Position numbers and translations under genes: made by a program
Shown: piece after piece, positions 22,217 to 32,625 of the stretch
Numbering within the stretch: position 1 is the first letter of the stretch
Layout of the letters: each line of letters begins with the position of its first letter
Assembly (NCBI GenBank): GCA_021815925.1
Contig: JAKAZL010000004.1
Span: 8,753 to 72,752 of the forward strand
Direction: 5' to 3'
From: Pseudomonadota bacterium
GTDB lineage: Bacteria; Pseudomonadota; Gammaproteobacteria; Steroidobacterales; Steroidobacteraceae
Length of the DNA stretch: 64,000 nt
The notes under the pieces: model-generated
What the model saw: the letters and a program-made list of their open reading frames with translations, nothing else
Database searches by the model: none
Told to the model about the DNA's origin: nothing

Positions 22217-23152
22217 TCAGCCCGCGCGCACCAGCTCGGCGACCTGGCGTGCGAACCGCTCGGCCGCGCCGTCGGCAAATCCGAGAAACAGCGACGGCTC
22301 GGTCAGCTCGAGTTCGAGCACGAAGGGTGCACCGGTGGCGTCGCGCAGCAGATCGACCCGCGCGTAGAGCGGCGCCCGTCCGCCAAACCGCTCCGCGGCG
22401 AGTGCCGCCACGACTCGCTCGCCCACCGCGAGCTCGGCCGGCTGCGGCGTGCGGGCGGTGATGTGCTCGGGCGCGAACAGCGCCCGGGTGGGATCGGCGT
22501 TGCGCATCAGCAGCGGGCCCTTGCGGATGGCGTGGCTGAAGCGTCCGCCGAAGTAGAGCAGGGCCGTTTCCCCGCCGTGATCGACGTCCTGCAGATACGG
22601 CTGCAGGAGCACGCTGCGGCCGGCGGCGAGCAGCCCGGCGGCGTGCGCCTGCGCCTCGGTGAGCTGCTCGCGTCCCAGGCGGCGCGCCCCACGCGAGCCG
22701 GCCCCCACGGCCGGCTTGATGACGAACTCCGCGCACGACTGGGCAGCCAGGAATCGCTCGATCGCCGGGCGCGGCGTCTCGTCCGGCTCGATGAACGCAC
22801 TCGCCACTGCCGGCAGCCCCTGCGCCGCGAGGTCACGCAGGTAATGCTTGTCCGTGTTCCACAGGACCAGCGAGTACGGGTTGTGCAGCCGCGTGAGGGA
22901 TGCAACCTGAGCGAGCCAGCGGCGGAACTCGATCAGCCGGTCGGTGTAGTCCCAGGTCGAGCGCAGCAGCGCGAGGTCGTACTCCCCCCAGGACACCTGC
23001 GGGTCGTCCCAATCGACGATCTGCGGGTGCAGGCCCACGGCCTGGAGCGCCGCGACGAGCAGCGGCATGTCCTCGTCGAGTCCGCGCGCGGCGCGGGCAC
23101 CGACGAGTGCGACGCGGCCAGCGCCGCCTTGCGAGCCGACCGGGCCGCTCAT
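22217..23152 (-). CDS. ATP-grasp domain protein (RimK/glutathione-synthetase-like), substrate unknown
   Basis: 311 aa from ATG 23152. That ATG forms an ATGA overlap with the aguB stop. The layout is ATP-grasp-like (FVIKPAVGAGSRG ... LLQPYL ... ARVDLL ... LELELTEPSL). Confidence 0.6.
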   Translation of the reverse strand: MSGPVGSQGGAGRVALVGARAARGLDEDMPLLVAALQAVGLHPQIVDWDDPQVSWGEYDLALLRSTWDYTDRLIEFRRWLAQVASLTRLHNPYSLVLWNTDKHYLRDLAAQGLPAVASAFIEPDETPRPAIERFLAAQSCAEFVIKPAVGAGSRGARRLGREQLTEAQAHAAGLLAAGRSVLLQPYLQDVDHGGETALLYFGGRFSHAIRKGPLLMRNADPTRALFAPEHITARTPQPAELAVGERVVAALAAERFGGRAPLYARVDLLRDATGAPFVLELELTEPSLFLGFADGAAERFARQVAELVRAG

Positions 23153-24069
23153 CGGCTGCGACCGTCGAGGGTGACCAGCGCGCCGTAGAGCTCGGGGCGC
23201 CGGTCGCGGAAGACGAACCAGTTGTCGCGCAGGGCGGTGGTGTGATCCAGATCGAACTCGGCGATCAGCACCGCATCGCCCTGCTCGGGTGCCTCGGCAA
23301 TCTTGGCCCCGAGCGCATCGGTGATGAACGACGAGCCGTAAAAGCGCAGATACAGCCGCTCCGGGTCCTGCAGCGAGCGCTCGAGCCCGTAGCGGTTGGC
23401 CGCGATCAGCGGGGTCAGGTTGGCCGCCGCGTGGCCCTGCTGGGTCCGTTGCCAATGCGCCCGCGAGTCCACCGGCAGCGCCGGCGGCGGCTCGCTGCCG
23501 ATGGCCGTCGGATAGAGCAGCAGCTCCGCCCCGCCGAGCACCATGGCGCGGGCCGCCTCGGGAAACCACTGGTCCCAGCAGATGCCGACGCCGATGCGCC
23601 CGAAGCGGGTCGGCCACACCTTGAAGCCGCTGTCCCCGGGGCTGAAGTAGTTCTTCTCCTGGTACCCCGGCCCGTTCGGAATGTGCGACTTGCGGTACAC
23701 GCCGAGCACCGCGCCGTCGGCATCGATCATCGCCACGGAATTGAAGTACACCGGCCCGGCCCGCTCGAAGAAGCTGATCGGCAGCACGACGCCGAGCTCG
23801 CGCGCCACGGCACTGAAGCGGCGCACCGCGAGGTTCTCCTCCACGGGGCTCGCCAGGCGCAGGTGGCGGGCGTCCTGCTCGATGCAGAAATACGGCGTCT
23901 CGAACAGCTCCGGCAGCAGGATGACCTGCGCCCCGGCGGCGGCCGCCTCGCGCACCAGACTCTCGCCATGGAGGCGGTTCGCCTCGCCGTCCCAGCCGCA
24001 GGACATCTGCAGCGCCGCCACCTTCACCCTGCGGGGGGTCGCGCGCAGGTGCGCGGGTTGCTCAGCCAC
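23149..24069 (-). CDS. aguB: N-carbamoylputrescine amidase (CN-hydrolase superfamily)
   Basis: Near-colinear resemblance to AguB: LPELFETPYFC, PISFFERAG, YRKSHIPNGPGYQEKNYF, GVGICWDQWFPE, LYPTAIGSEP, FRDRRPELYG. The start is taken at GTG 24069, which is preceded by GGAGG. The ORF track extends to 24111. Confidence 0.88.
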   Translation of the reverse strand: MAEQPAHLRATPRRVKVAALQMSCGWDGEANRLHGESLVREAAAAGAQVILLPELFETPYFCIEQDARHLRLASPVEENLAVRRFSAVARELGVVLPISFFERAGPVYFNSVAMIDADGAVLGVYRKSHIPNGPGYQEKNYFSPGDSGFKVWPTRFGRIGVGICWDQWFPEAARAMVLGGAELLLYPTAIGSEPPPALPVDSRAHWQRTQQGHAAANLTPLIAANRYGLERSLQDPERLYLRFYGSSFITDALGAKIAEAPEQGDAVLIAEFDLDHTTALRDNWFVFRDRRPELYGALVTLDGRSR

Positions 24070-25045
24070 GGGCGCTCGCCTCCAGCAGCCGCCGCGCCGC
24101 GAGCGACTCATTGACCTGTTCAGTGATGCGCATGGCCGTATCGAGGGCCATCAGACCGTCCTCGCCGCTCACCCGCGGCGCTTTGCCGGTGCGGACCGAC
24201 TCGAGAAAGGCCTCAATCTCGGCCTTGAGCGCATCGCCCTGCTCGAGACTCTGCTCCTCGATGCTCACCGGCAGCGCGCCGGCCTCGCCCGGGGGACGCT
24301 TGCGGATCAGGGTGAGGATTTTCTGCTGCAGGTCGAGCGACAGATAGGCATCGTCCTCGAACAGCCGCATCTTGCGCTCGGTCTTCAGGCTGACGCGGCT
24401 GGCCGTGGCGTTCACCACGCAGCCATTGGCGAAGCGGATGCGGGCATTGGCGATGTCGATGGCGTCGGAGAACACCGGCGTGCCGACCGCATCGATGGTC
24501 AGCACCGGCACCCCGACGATGGTCTGCACCAGATCGATGTCGTGGATCATCAGATCGAGCACCACGTTCACGTCGGTGCCCCGCTCCTTGTACGGTGCCA
24601 GCCGGTGGCATTCGACGAACCGCGGCGCGCGCAGGTACGGTTCGGCGGCGAGAATGGCCGAATTGAACCGCTCCAGGTGCCCGACCTGCAGGATCCGCCC
24701 GCGGCGCGCGGCGAGGTCGATCAGCTCGCGCGCCTCGCGCGGCGTCTCGGTGATCGGCTTCTCCACCAGGACATGCGCCCCGGCGAGCAGGAAGTCCCGG
24801 GCGATCGCGAAATGCGCCGGGGTCGGCGTGACGACGCTCACCGCCTCGACCTTGCCGAGCAGCTCGCGGTAGTCGGCCAGCGCGCGCGTACCGAGCTCGG
24901 CGGCCACCTGCTCGCGCGCCTCGGCGCGGGCATCGACCACCGCCTCGAGGCGGCACTGGGTGGACTGGGCGTATTTCTGGGCATGAAAGCGTCCCAGATA
25001 GCCGACGCCGATGACGGCTGCCTTGATCTGCTCCATGGGCGCCAT
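24062..25045 (-). CDS. Gfo/Idh/MocA-family NAD(P)-dependent oxidoreductase
   Basis: N-terminal Rossmann fold IKAAVIGVGYLGRFHA, plus the EKP motif (VLVEKPI). The start is ATG 25045 or 25036. The upstream part of the 416-aa ORF is low-complexity. Confidence 0.8.
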   Translation of the reverse strand: MAPMEQIKAAVIGVGYLGRFHAQKYAQSTQCRLEAVVDARAEAREQVAAELGTRALADYRELLGKVEAVSVVTPTPAHFAIARDFLLAGAHVLVEKPITETPREARELIDLAARRGRILQVGHLERFNSAILAAEPYLRAPRFVECHRLAPYKERGTDVNVVLDLMIHDIDLVQTIVGVPVLTIDAVGTPVFSDAIDIANARIRFANGCVVNATASRVSLKTERKMRLFEDDAYLSLDLQQKILTLIRKRPPGEAGALPVSIEEQSLEQGDALKAEIEAFLESVRTGKAPRVSGEDGLMALDTAMRITEQVNESLAARRLLEASARG

Positions 25046-25142
25046 TATGACCTGCCGCGCGCGCGCGCGCCGCGCCGATCCGCCGCGTGCGAGGCACTTT
25101 AGGACCGTCGCTGCAGCCCCGGATCGGCTACACTGGGGCCCA

Positions 25143-25469
25143 ATGGTGGACTCAAGTTCCGCATCTTCCGCGGCCCCTGCGTGGGGGCCGCCGCGTCTGC
25201 GGCGCGAGCTGGCACTGCTCGGCGGCGCGCTCGGCTTCGGCTTGCTCATCGTCCCGCTGCTCATCTGGGTGGCGGGCCATGGCACGCTCGGCCCGTACAC
25301 GCACGGCGACACCGGACCGGCCCTCGGCCCGCTGGCGCTGTACCAGGATTATTTCGCCGGCCTCGGCCAGGGCTGGGTCATGTACTGGCTCGTCGCCACC
25401 GGCCCCCTGGTCGTGCTCGTTGCCGCCAGGCTGTGGCTGGCGCTCGTGCGGCGCCTCCCGCACCGGTGA
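25143..25469 (+). CDS. small hypothetical membrane protein (two predicted TM helices)
   Basis: 108 aa from ATG 25143. Third-position GC is strongly high, as in neighbouring genes. Hydrophobic stretches are LALLGGALGFGLLIVPLLIWVAG and WVMYWLVATGPLVVLVAARLWLAL. I recognise no family. Confidence 0.5.
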   Translation: MVDSSSASSAAPAWGPPRLRRELALLGGALGFGLLIVPLLIWVAGHGTLGPYTHGDTGPALGPLALYQDYFAGLGQGWVMYWLVATGPLVVLVAARLWLALVRRLPHR

Positions 25470-25560
25470 CGGACTTGCCGGCTTGCGCCGCGCCCCCTAG
25501 CCTCTCACCAAGCCCTGTTGCTGATTCTGTGCCCCAAGGACTGCCGCGAGCTCTCTCACG

Positions 25561-27687
25561 ATGACCCAATCCCTGCGTTCCCGTCTCGGCTGGCTGACCG
25601 CCCTCGCAGCCGTGATCGCCCTCGGCACCGCGGGCATGCTGCTGCTGCGTGCCCCCGCCAGTGCCTCGATTCTGCCCCCGGGCGCCCTCGCTCCGACGAG
25701 CGGCCAGCGCGCCATTGCGCGCAAAGTCGCGCGCATCCTGAACGAGTACCAGTACAGCCACCCGGATATCGATCCGCAGTTCTCGCAGCTGGTCTTCGAC
25801 CGTTACCTGCACTTCCTCGACCCCGAGCACGACTACTTCCTCGCGAGCGACGTGCAGGGCTTCTCCACGACCTACCGCAATGATTTCGCGCAGCTGATCG
25901 AGGCCGGCAAGCTCGACCCGGCATTCCTCATTTTCCAGCGCTTCAAGCAGCTCAGCCAGGCGCACATCCGCTATGCGCTCAGCCTGCTCGCCGCGGAGCC
26001 GAAGTGGGACACCGACGCCAGCTACCACTTCGACCGCAAGCACGCCGCCTGGCCGACCGATGAGTCGCAGATGAACACGCTGTGGCTGAAGCGGGTGATG
26101 AATGAGGAGCTCTCGCTGCTGCTGGCGCACAAGACCTGGCCGCAGACCGTCGAGATCCTGCGCAAGCGCTATCAGGCCGAGCTGCACCGCATCACGCAGA
26201 TCAGCTCCGAGGACGTCTTCGAGGACGTCATGAACGCGTATGCGCTCACCTACGACCCGCACACGAGCTATTTCTCGCCCATGAGCTCCGAGGAATACCG
26301 CATCGAGATGAGCCTGAACTACGAGGGCATCGGTGCCTCGCTGCAGATGGACGGCAATTACGTCTCCGTCGTCAACGTGATTCCCGGCGGCCCGGCGGCG
26401 GTGGCCGGCACGCTCAAGCCCAACGATCGCATCACTGGGGTCGGAGAGGGCAAGAAGGGTGCGATCACCGATGTGGTCGGCTGGCGCCTGAGCGACGTGG
26501 TGCAGCTGATCCGCGGCAAGGCCGGGACCACGGTGCGTCTGCAGATCCTGCCGGCCGGCGAGCACACCGGCGGCAAGGAAGAGGTGTTGAGCTTCGTGCG
26601 CAACAAGGTGACCCTGAAGGCCCAGGAAGCGCAGAGCAAGCTCGTCACGCTGACGCGTCAGGGCCATCCCTACAAGATCGGCGTCATCACGGTGCCGAGC
26701 TTCTACGAGGACGTGCAGGCCGAGGACGCCGGGGAAAGCAACTATCGCAGCACCACGCGCGACGTGCTGCGCCTGCTGCTGAAGCTCGAGCAGCAGCACA
26801 TCGACGGCCTGGTGCTCGACCTGCGCGATGACGGCGGCGGCTATCTGCCGGAGGCACTGGCGCTGACGGGCCTGTTCATCCAGCACGGCCCGGTGGTGCA
26901 GCTGCGCGACCGCAGCGGGCAGATCGAGGTGCTGGACGACCCGGAGAAGGCACCGGCGTACACCGGTCCGCTCGCGGTGCTGGTCAACCGCTACAGCGCC
27001 TCGGCGTCGGAGATCTTCGCCGGCGCGATTCAGGACTACCACCGCGGCGTGATCATCGGCCAGAACACCTTCGGCAAGGGAACGGTGCAGAATCTCATCC
27101 CGCTCGACCGCTGGAGCAGCAAGCCGGTCGACGGGCAGCTCACCGTCACCATCGGCAAGTTCTACCGGGTGACCGGCCAGAGCACCCAGCATCGGGGCGT
27201 CGTTCCGGACATCGAGCTGCCCTCGCCCGTCAATCCGAAAGTCGTCGGCGAGAGCGCCCTGCCGCGCTCGCTGCCATGGGACACCATCGCTCCGGTGCCC
27301 TTCCCGGTCGCGACCGGCTCGGCCGCGGTGCCCTCGATCGCCACGCTGCGCGCCGAGGCACTCGCCCGCGAGAGCCGCGACCCGAACTTCCGCTGGCTGG
27401 TCGGGGACATCCACCTCATCGACACCATGCGGGCGCAGACCTCCGTGTCGCTGAACCTGACCACGCGTCAGGCCGAGCGGCGCCAGGAGGATCAGCAGAT
27501 GCTGGCGCTCGACAATGCGCGTCGCGCCGCGCTCGACCTGCCGCCGCTGAAGAACTCACGACAGATCGGCGGCAAGAGCGACAAGATCCCGGACGTCATC
27601 CTGGAGCAGGCCGAGGACGTCATGGCCGACATGATCCTCCTCGACCAGCAGGCCGGGGCCCCGCTGCAGGCCGCCAGCGGCCACTGA
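25561..27687 (+). CDS. prc: tail-specific (C-terminal processing) protease Prc, S41 family
   Basis: 708 aa. It has a signal peptide, a PDZ region, and S41 core blocks (LVLDLRDDGGG, NRYSASASEIFAGAIQDY, GQNTFGKGTVQ). Confidence 0.9.
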   Translation: MTQSLRSRLGWLTALAAVIALGTAGMLLLRAPASASILPPGALAPTSGQRAIARKVARILNEYQYSHPDIDPQFSQLVFDRYLHFLDPEHDYFLASDVQGFSTTYRNDFAQLIEAGKLDPAFLIFQRFKQLSQAHIRYALSLLAAEPKWDTDASYHFDRKHAAWPTDESQMNTLWLKRVMNEELSLLLAHKTWPQTVEILRKRYQAELHRITQISSEDVFEDVMNAYALTYDPHTSYFSPMSSEEYRIEMSLNYEGIGASLQMDGNYVSVVNVIPGGPAAVAGTLKPNDRITGVGEGKKGAITDVVGWRLSDVVQLIRGKAGTTVRLQILPAGEHTGGKEEVLSFVRNKVTLKAQEAQSKLVTLTRQGHPYKIGVITVPSFYEDVQAEDAGESNYRSTTRDVLRLLLKLEQQHIDGLVLDLRDDGGGYLPEALALTGLFIQHGPVVQLRDRSGQIEVLDDPEKAPAYTGPLAVLVNRYSASASEIFAGAIQDYHRGVIIGQNTFGKGTVQNLIPLDRWSSKPVDGQLTVTIGKFYRVTGQSTQHRGVVPDIELPSPVNPKVVGESALPRSLPWDTIAPVPFPVATGSAAVPSIATLRAEALARESRDPNFRWLVGDIHLIDTMRAQTSVSLNLTTRQAERRQEDQQMLALDNARRAALDLPPLKNSRQIGGKSDKIPDVILEQAEDVMADMILLDQQAGAPLQAASGH

Positions 27688-27708
27688 CGGGGCGCGCCGG
27701 CGGGGCGC

Positions 27709-28755
27709 TCAGCGCAGCAGGACGCTGTGGATGTTCCAGGTGTCCTCGGCGAGGACGTTGGGGATACCCTCGGGCGCGGCAGCGGCTGGATTGTCCAGGT
27801 CGCTGCTGAGGGACTCGGCGGTCGGGATCGCCTCCTCGGTTTCGCGGTACTGCGCGAGACGGCGCAGGATCTGCAGGCGCGAGCGGATGGCCTGGCTGAG
27901 ACCCCCGTGCGCCCCGAGCAGGGCTTCGGCCCGCTGAATCTGCCGCATCAGCGCGAGGCATTCCTCGCGGCTGCCGTACTCATCGATGACCTCGCGGCGC
28001 TGGGTCGCCTCCCGCGCACGCATCACCAGCAACGGCAGCACGGCCAGGCGCACGCACATCATCTCCGCGTAGGCGATGGTCGTGAGATTGATCAGCCGCC
28101 GCGCCTGCAGCGACAGGCCGGGAAATTCCGGCACCGGCTCGGCGGCGATGTCGGCAGCCGCCCGACTCGCGGACTGCACCGCCAGCTCGGCGCTCGCCGC
28201 CTCGGCGCGCACCTGGCCGATGGCCTGCTCGACCGCCCGTCGCTTGAAGAACTGCCAGAACCGCCGCAGGCGCGAGCGCCGGCTTTCGAGCTCGGCGAGA
28301 CGCTCACGCGCCCGCGCAGCGAGCTCGCGGACCACGTGCAGGTGCTGCTCGGCGCTCTGGCGGCGGGCGAACTGCCGGCGATTGTGCTCGGCGAGGTGCT
28401 GGCGCCGCTCGCGCTCCTCCTGCTGCGCGGCGAGCTCGGCTGCGAAGCGCTCGATGAGCTCGTGACCGCTGCGCCACAGGCGGCGCAGCTGATAGAACGC
28501 CAGCGCCGGGTAGGCGGTCTCATCGACCCCGAGGCGATTCTCGAGCGCCGCGAGGCTCTCGCGCACACGCCGCGTGACCCCTTCCTGCTGCTTGATGCGA
28601 TCCTTGAGACGCTCGACTTCTTCCTTCAGGTCGCCGAAGGCCTTTTTCAGTTCGGCGCGATTGCGAAACAGCGCAAGCACCCGATGATCCTCGGGCAGCG
28701 ATTGCGCGCGCTGGAAGGGGAGCTTGAGGAAACCGAGTTGTCGAAAGGCCTTCAT
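27709..28755 (-). CDS. hypothetical Arg/Glu-rich coiled-coil protein, no recognised family
   Basis: 348 aa with coding-like GC3. Long heptad-like stretches are present (LKEEVERLKDRIKQQEG; AAQQEERERRQHLAEHNRRQFARRQ). It lies 27 nt downstream of the DUF1249 gene on the same strand. Confidence 0.6.
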   Translation of the reverse strand: MKAFRQLGFLKLPFQRAQSLPEDHRVLALFRNRAELKKAFGDLKEEVERLKDRIKQQEGVTRRVRESLAALENRLGVDETAYPALAFYQLRRLWRSGHELIERFAAELAAQQEERERRQHLAEHNRRQFARRQSAEQHLHVVRELAARARERLAELESRRSRLRRFWQFFKRRAVEQAIGQVRAEAASAELAVQSASRAAADIAAEPVPEFPGLSLQARRLINLTTIAYAEMMCVRLAVLPLLVMRAREATQRREVIDEYGSREECLALMRQIQRAEALLGAHGGLSQAIRSRLQILRRLAQYRETEEAIPTAESLSSDLDNPAAAAPEGIPNVLAEDTWNIHSVLLR

Positions 28756-28782
28756 GACAGGTGCGGCGGGCGCCGCGACCTG

Positions 28783-29244
28783 TCACACGGCGACCCCCGC
28801 GAAGCGATGACCGCGCTCCGCACAATACTCCAACCATTTATTTAACATCATGTTGCGGACCCAGCGCTGACGGAGTTCACGCTCCATGCAGGCACCGACC
28901 TTTGCCGCAGGCTCGACCGTACGCGTCGGTGCCAGTTCGGCCTCGACGAGCCGAGCATCGTGATACACGCGCAGCCGCAGGTCCGGGCAGCGCAGCGTCC
29001 CGTCGGCCGCGGGCAGCTCGTAGGTCAGATCGAGAATGCTGGTATAGGCACACTGCTCGATCACCGTGAGCAGCAGCTCACAGTCGCCCTCGATGTGCGA
29101 GCGATACGCGCCGGTGAGTCGGCGCAAGTCTCCTGCGAGCCATCCGAGGCGGATGTAATTGCTCTCGTACAGACTCATGAGCGCGACGAAGCTGCGCGGT
29201 CGCGCGCGCCAGGAAGCCTGGGTCAGTGCGTCGTTCAGCATCAC
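28783..29244 (-). CDS. DUF1249 (YqiB-like) protein
   Basis: 153 aa. LYESNYIRL and the C-terminal MLNKWLEYC resemble the DUF1249/YqiB family as I recall it. Confidence 0.6.
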   Translation of the reverse strand: MMLNDALTQASWRARPRSFVALMSLYESNYIRLGWLAGDLRRLTGAYRSHIEGDCELLLTVIEQCAYTSILDLTYELPAADGTLRCPDLRLRVYHDARLVEAELAPTRTVEPAAKVGACMERELRQRWVRNMMLNKWLEYCAERGHRFAGVAV

Positions 29245-29339
29245 CCCGACTATAGCGGAGGAGCGCGAGAGCGCAAGCAGCCGCGCATGCCGTGCACGGG
29301 TCGTTTGCGGGTTTGCAGGTTCCGTGGTAAGAAATTCGG

Positions 29340-30161
29340 CTAGGCGCGACTGCGCCGCTCGATGCCGGTGATGTTGAGAATGCGGCTGGCAATCTCCTCG
29401 ACCGAGTAATCCGTGGTGTCGAGGGAGGGAATGCCGTGGCGCGTCACCAGCGCCTCGGCGGCGCGCAACTCGTAACGCACCTGCTGGGCCGAGGCGTAGC
29501 GGCTCTGCGGGCGACGCTCGTTGCGGATCTGCTGCAGCCGCTCCGGACGGATGGTGAGCGCAAACAGCTTGCTGCGATGCGGCTCGAGACGTTCCGGCAG
29601 CCGCCCCAACTCCAGATCGTCCTCGGTGAGCGGATAGTTGGCGGCGAATACTCCGTACTGCAGCGCCAGGTAGAGGCAGGTGGGGGTCTTGCCGCAGCGC
29701 GACACGCCGATCAGCACGAGGTCCGCGTGCTCGTAGTCGCCGCCGGTGCCGTCATCATTGGCCAGCGCGAAGTTGGTCGCGTTGATGCGCACCGAATACA
29801 GTGCCGGATCGGCGATGCCGTGGGCGCGTCCGGCTCGGTGGGTCGAGCGCGTGTCGAGTTCCTGCTCGAGCGGACCGACGAACGCCGCGAAGAAATCCAG
29901 GAACAGTCCGTTCGAGCGGCGCACCACCTCGCGCAGTTCGTCCTGCACGAGCGTGCTGAAAACGATCGGTCGCAGTCCGTCCTCGAGCGCCGTCCTGTCG
30001 ATGCGCCGCGCCACCTCCTCGGCCTTGTCAAGGGTCGATACAAATGGCAAAGTCACCGCGCGAAACTCGAGACCCTCGAACTGGGTCATGAGACTGTGAC
30101 CGAGCGTTTCCGCGGTCACTCCCGTCTGGTCGGAGACGAAGAAAACGGTTCGTCGGCCCAC
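29340..30161 (-). CDS. ppsR: PEP synthase regulatory protein (pyruvate, water dikinase kinase/phosphorylase; DUF299)
   Basis: Motifs [18 protein letters not shown]-loop [10 protein letters not shown] and [11 protein letters not shown]. It is divergent from ppsA. GTG 30161 gives 273 aa, the usual family length. The ORF track extends to 30380 and would overlap the ppsA start. Confidence 0.88.
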   Translation of the reverse strand: MGRRTVFFVSDQTGVTAETLGHSLMTQFEGLEFRAVTLPFVSTLDKAEEVARRIDRTALEDGLRPIVFSTLVQDELREVVRRSNGLFLDFFAAFVGPLEQELDTRSTHRAGRAHGIADPALYSVRINATNFALANDDGTGGDYEHADLVLIGVSRCGKTPTCLYLALQYGVFAANYPLTEDDLELGRLPERLEPHRSKLFALTIRPERLQQIRNERRPQSRYASAQQVRYELRAAEALVTRHGIPSLDTTDYSVEEIASRILNITGIERRSRA

Positions 30162-30243
30162 GGCGCGAGACTCGGTAGCGACAATTGGGGCAGGCAGTGT
30201 TCCACCGCGCGCGGCGCGGAGCAAGCGGCAGACGGGGTTTCTT

Positions 30244-32610
30244 GTGGACGCATACGTCATTCCCTTCGAGCGGGTCGGGCAGCACGATATCGAGACCGTG
30301 GGCGGCAAGAACGCCTCCCTCGGGGAGATGATCGGGTCGCTGACGCGGCTCGGCGTCAAGGTGCCCGGCGGCTTCGCCACGACGGCACTCGCCTATCGGC
30401 AGTTCCTCAAGCAGGACGGACTCGATGCGCGCATCCGCTCCGAGCTCGCAGCGCTCGACGTGAACGACGTGGCGCGCCTGGCGATCGCCGGGGCGCGCAT
30501 CCGGCAGTGGATCCTCGCCACGCCCTTCCCGCCCGCGCTCGAACAGGCGGTCAAGGACGCGCTGCGGGAGATGAGCGGCGGGGAGTCGATCGCCGTGGCG
30601 GTGCGCTCCTCGGCCACCGCCGAGGATCTGCCCGAAGCGTCCTTCGCCGGCCAGCAGGAGACGTTCCTGAACGTGCGCGGCGAGGCGCAGGTGCTCGAGG
30701 CGATGCACCAGGTGTTCGCCTCGCTGTTCAACGACCGGGCAATCGCCTACCGGGTGCACCAGGGCTTCGACCATAGCGCGGTGGCGCTCTCGGCCGGCGT
30801 TCAGCACATGGTGCGCAGCGACCTCGGGGCGAGCGGCGTCATGTTCACGCTCGACACCGACTCGGGCTTCCGCGACGTCGTATTCATCACCGCCTCCTAT
30901 GGACTCGGCGAGACCGTCGTGCAGGGTGCGGTCAATCCGGACGAGTTCTACGTCTACAAGCCCGCGCTGCGCGCCGGTAAGGAAGCGGTGCTGCGGCGCA
31001 ATCTCGGCGCCAAGGCGATCAAGATGATCTATGCGCCGGCCGGGGCCGCCGAGCGCGTGCGCACTGTGGAGGTGCCGCGCGAGGATCGTGGCCGCTTCTG
31101 CCTCAGCGAGGCCGACATCCTCGCCCTCGCCCGCCAGGCGCTGCTCATCGAGACGCACTACGGCAAGCCGATGGACATCGAGTGGGGCAAGGACGGGGAC
31201 AGCGGCGAGCTGTACATTCTGCAGGCGCGCCCGGAGACGGTGCAGAGCCGCGCGGGGCGGACCATTCAGCGCTTCACGCTCAAGTCGGCGCGTACCCAGG
31301 TGCTGGTCAGCGGACGCAGCATCGGTCAGCGCATCGGTGCCGGCCCCGCGCGCGTCATCCGCGACGTCGCGGAAATGGCCCGCGTGCAAAGCGGTGACGT
31401 ACTGGTCGCCGACATGACCGATCCGGACTGGGAGCCGGTGATGAAGCGCGCCGCCGCCATCGTCACCAACCGCGGCGGGCGGACCTGCCACGCCGCCATC
31501 ATCGCCCGCGAGCTCGGCATACCGGCCGTGGTCGGCTGCGGCGACGCCACGCAGCGCATCGCCGAGGGGCAGCCGGTCACGGTCTCCTGCGCGGAGGGTG
31601 ACACCGGCTACGTGTACGAGGGCGTGCTCGAGTTCGAGCGGCGGCAGATCGAGCTCGACGCGCTGCCGCCGCTGCCGGTGAAGATCATGATGAATGTCGG
31701 TAATCCGGACCGCGCGTTCGGTTTTGCCGGCATTCCCAACCGCGGCGTGGGACTGGCGCGCCTGGAGTTCATCATCAACCGCATGATCGGCGTGCACCCG
31801 CGCGCGCTGCTGGAGTACGACCGGCTCGATGCGACCCTGAAGGATCAGATCAACGCGCAGATGGCCGGCTACGACGATCCGGTCGGCTTCTACGTCGAGA
31901 AGCTCACCGAAGGCATCGCGCAGATCGCCGCCGCCTTCGCCCCGGAGCCGGTGATCGTGCGCCTGTCGGACTTCAAGTCGAACGAGTACGCCAACCTCAT
32001 CGGCGGCAGCCGCTACGAGCCGCATGAGGAAAATCCCATGCTCGGCTTCCGCGGCGCCTCACGCTATGTCGATGAGCGCTTCCGGCCGTGCTTCGAGCTC
32101 GAATGCCGGGCGATCCGCCGGGTTCGCGAGGCGATGGGCCTGACCAACGTGCAGGTCATGATCCCATTCGTGCGCTCCGTGGAGGAAGGCCGGCGCGTCA
32201 CCGAGCTGCTCGCGGCAAACGGCCTGGAGCGCGGCGTGAACGGCCTGAAAGTCGTGATGATGTGCGAGTTGCCGACCAACGCGCTGCTCGCCGAGCAGTA
32301 CCTGGAGCACTTCGACGGCATGTCGATCGGCTCGAACGATCTGACGCAGCTGACGCTCGGCCTGGACCGTGACTCGGCCATCGTGGCACGACAGTTCGAT
32401 GAGCGCGATGCCGCCGTGCGGCGACTGATCGCCATGGCGATTGCCGCCTGCCGCAAACAGGGCAAGTACATCGGCATCTGCGGCCAGGGCCCCTCCGATC
32501 ACCCGGACCTCGCCCGCTGGCTTCTCGAGCAGGGCATCGAGAGCCTCTCGCTCAATCCCGACACCGTCGTCGAGACCTGGCTGTTCCTCGCCGGCGAGAG
32601 CGCGCGCTGA
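30244..32610 (+). CDS. ppsA: phosphoenolpyruvate synthase (pyruvate, water dikinase)
   Basis: 788 aa with a GTG start. Motifs [11 protein letters not shown], the phosphohistidine loop [21 protein letters not shown], and the C-terminal PEP-utilising domain. Confidence 0.96.
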   Translation: MDAYVIPFERVGQHDIETVGGKNASLGEMIGSLTRLGVKVPGGFATTALAYRQFLKQDGLDARIRSELAALDVNDVARLAIAGARIRQWILATPFPPALEQAVKDALREMSGGESIAVAVRSSATAEDLPEASFAGQQETFLNVRGEAQVLEAMHQVFASLFNDRAIAYRVHQGFDHSAVALSAGVQHMVRSDLGASGVMFTLDTDSGFRDVVFITASYGLGETVVQGAVNPDEFYVYKPALRAGKEAVLRRNLGAKAIKMIYAPAGAAERVRTVEVPREDRGRFCLSEADILALARQALLIETHYGKPMDIEWGKDGDSGELYILQARPETVQSRAGRTIQRFTLKSARTQVLVSGRSIGQRIGAGPARVIRDVAEMARVQSGDVLVADMTDPDWEPVMKRAAAIVTNRGGRTCHAAIIARELGIPAVVGCGDATQRIAEGQPVTVSCAEGDTGYVYEGVLEFERRQIELDALPPLPVKIMMNVGNPDRAFGFAGIPNRGVGLARLEFIINRMIGVHPRALLEYDRLDATLKDQINAQMAGYDDPVGFYVEKLTEGIAQIAAAFAPEPVIVRLSDFKSNEYANLIGGSRYEPHEENPMLGFRGASRYVDERFRPCFELECRAIRRVREAMGLTNVQVMIPFVRSVEEGRRVTELLAANGLERGVNGLKVVMMCELPTNALLAEQYLEHFDGMSIGSNDLTQLTLGLDRDSAIVARQFDERDAAVRRLIAMAIAACRKQGKYIGICGQGPSDHPDLARWLLEQGIESLSLNPDTVVETWLFLAGESAR

Positions 32611-32625
32611 GCGCGCGAGCGCTCC

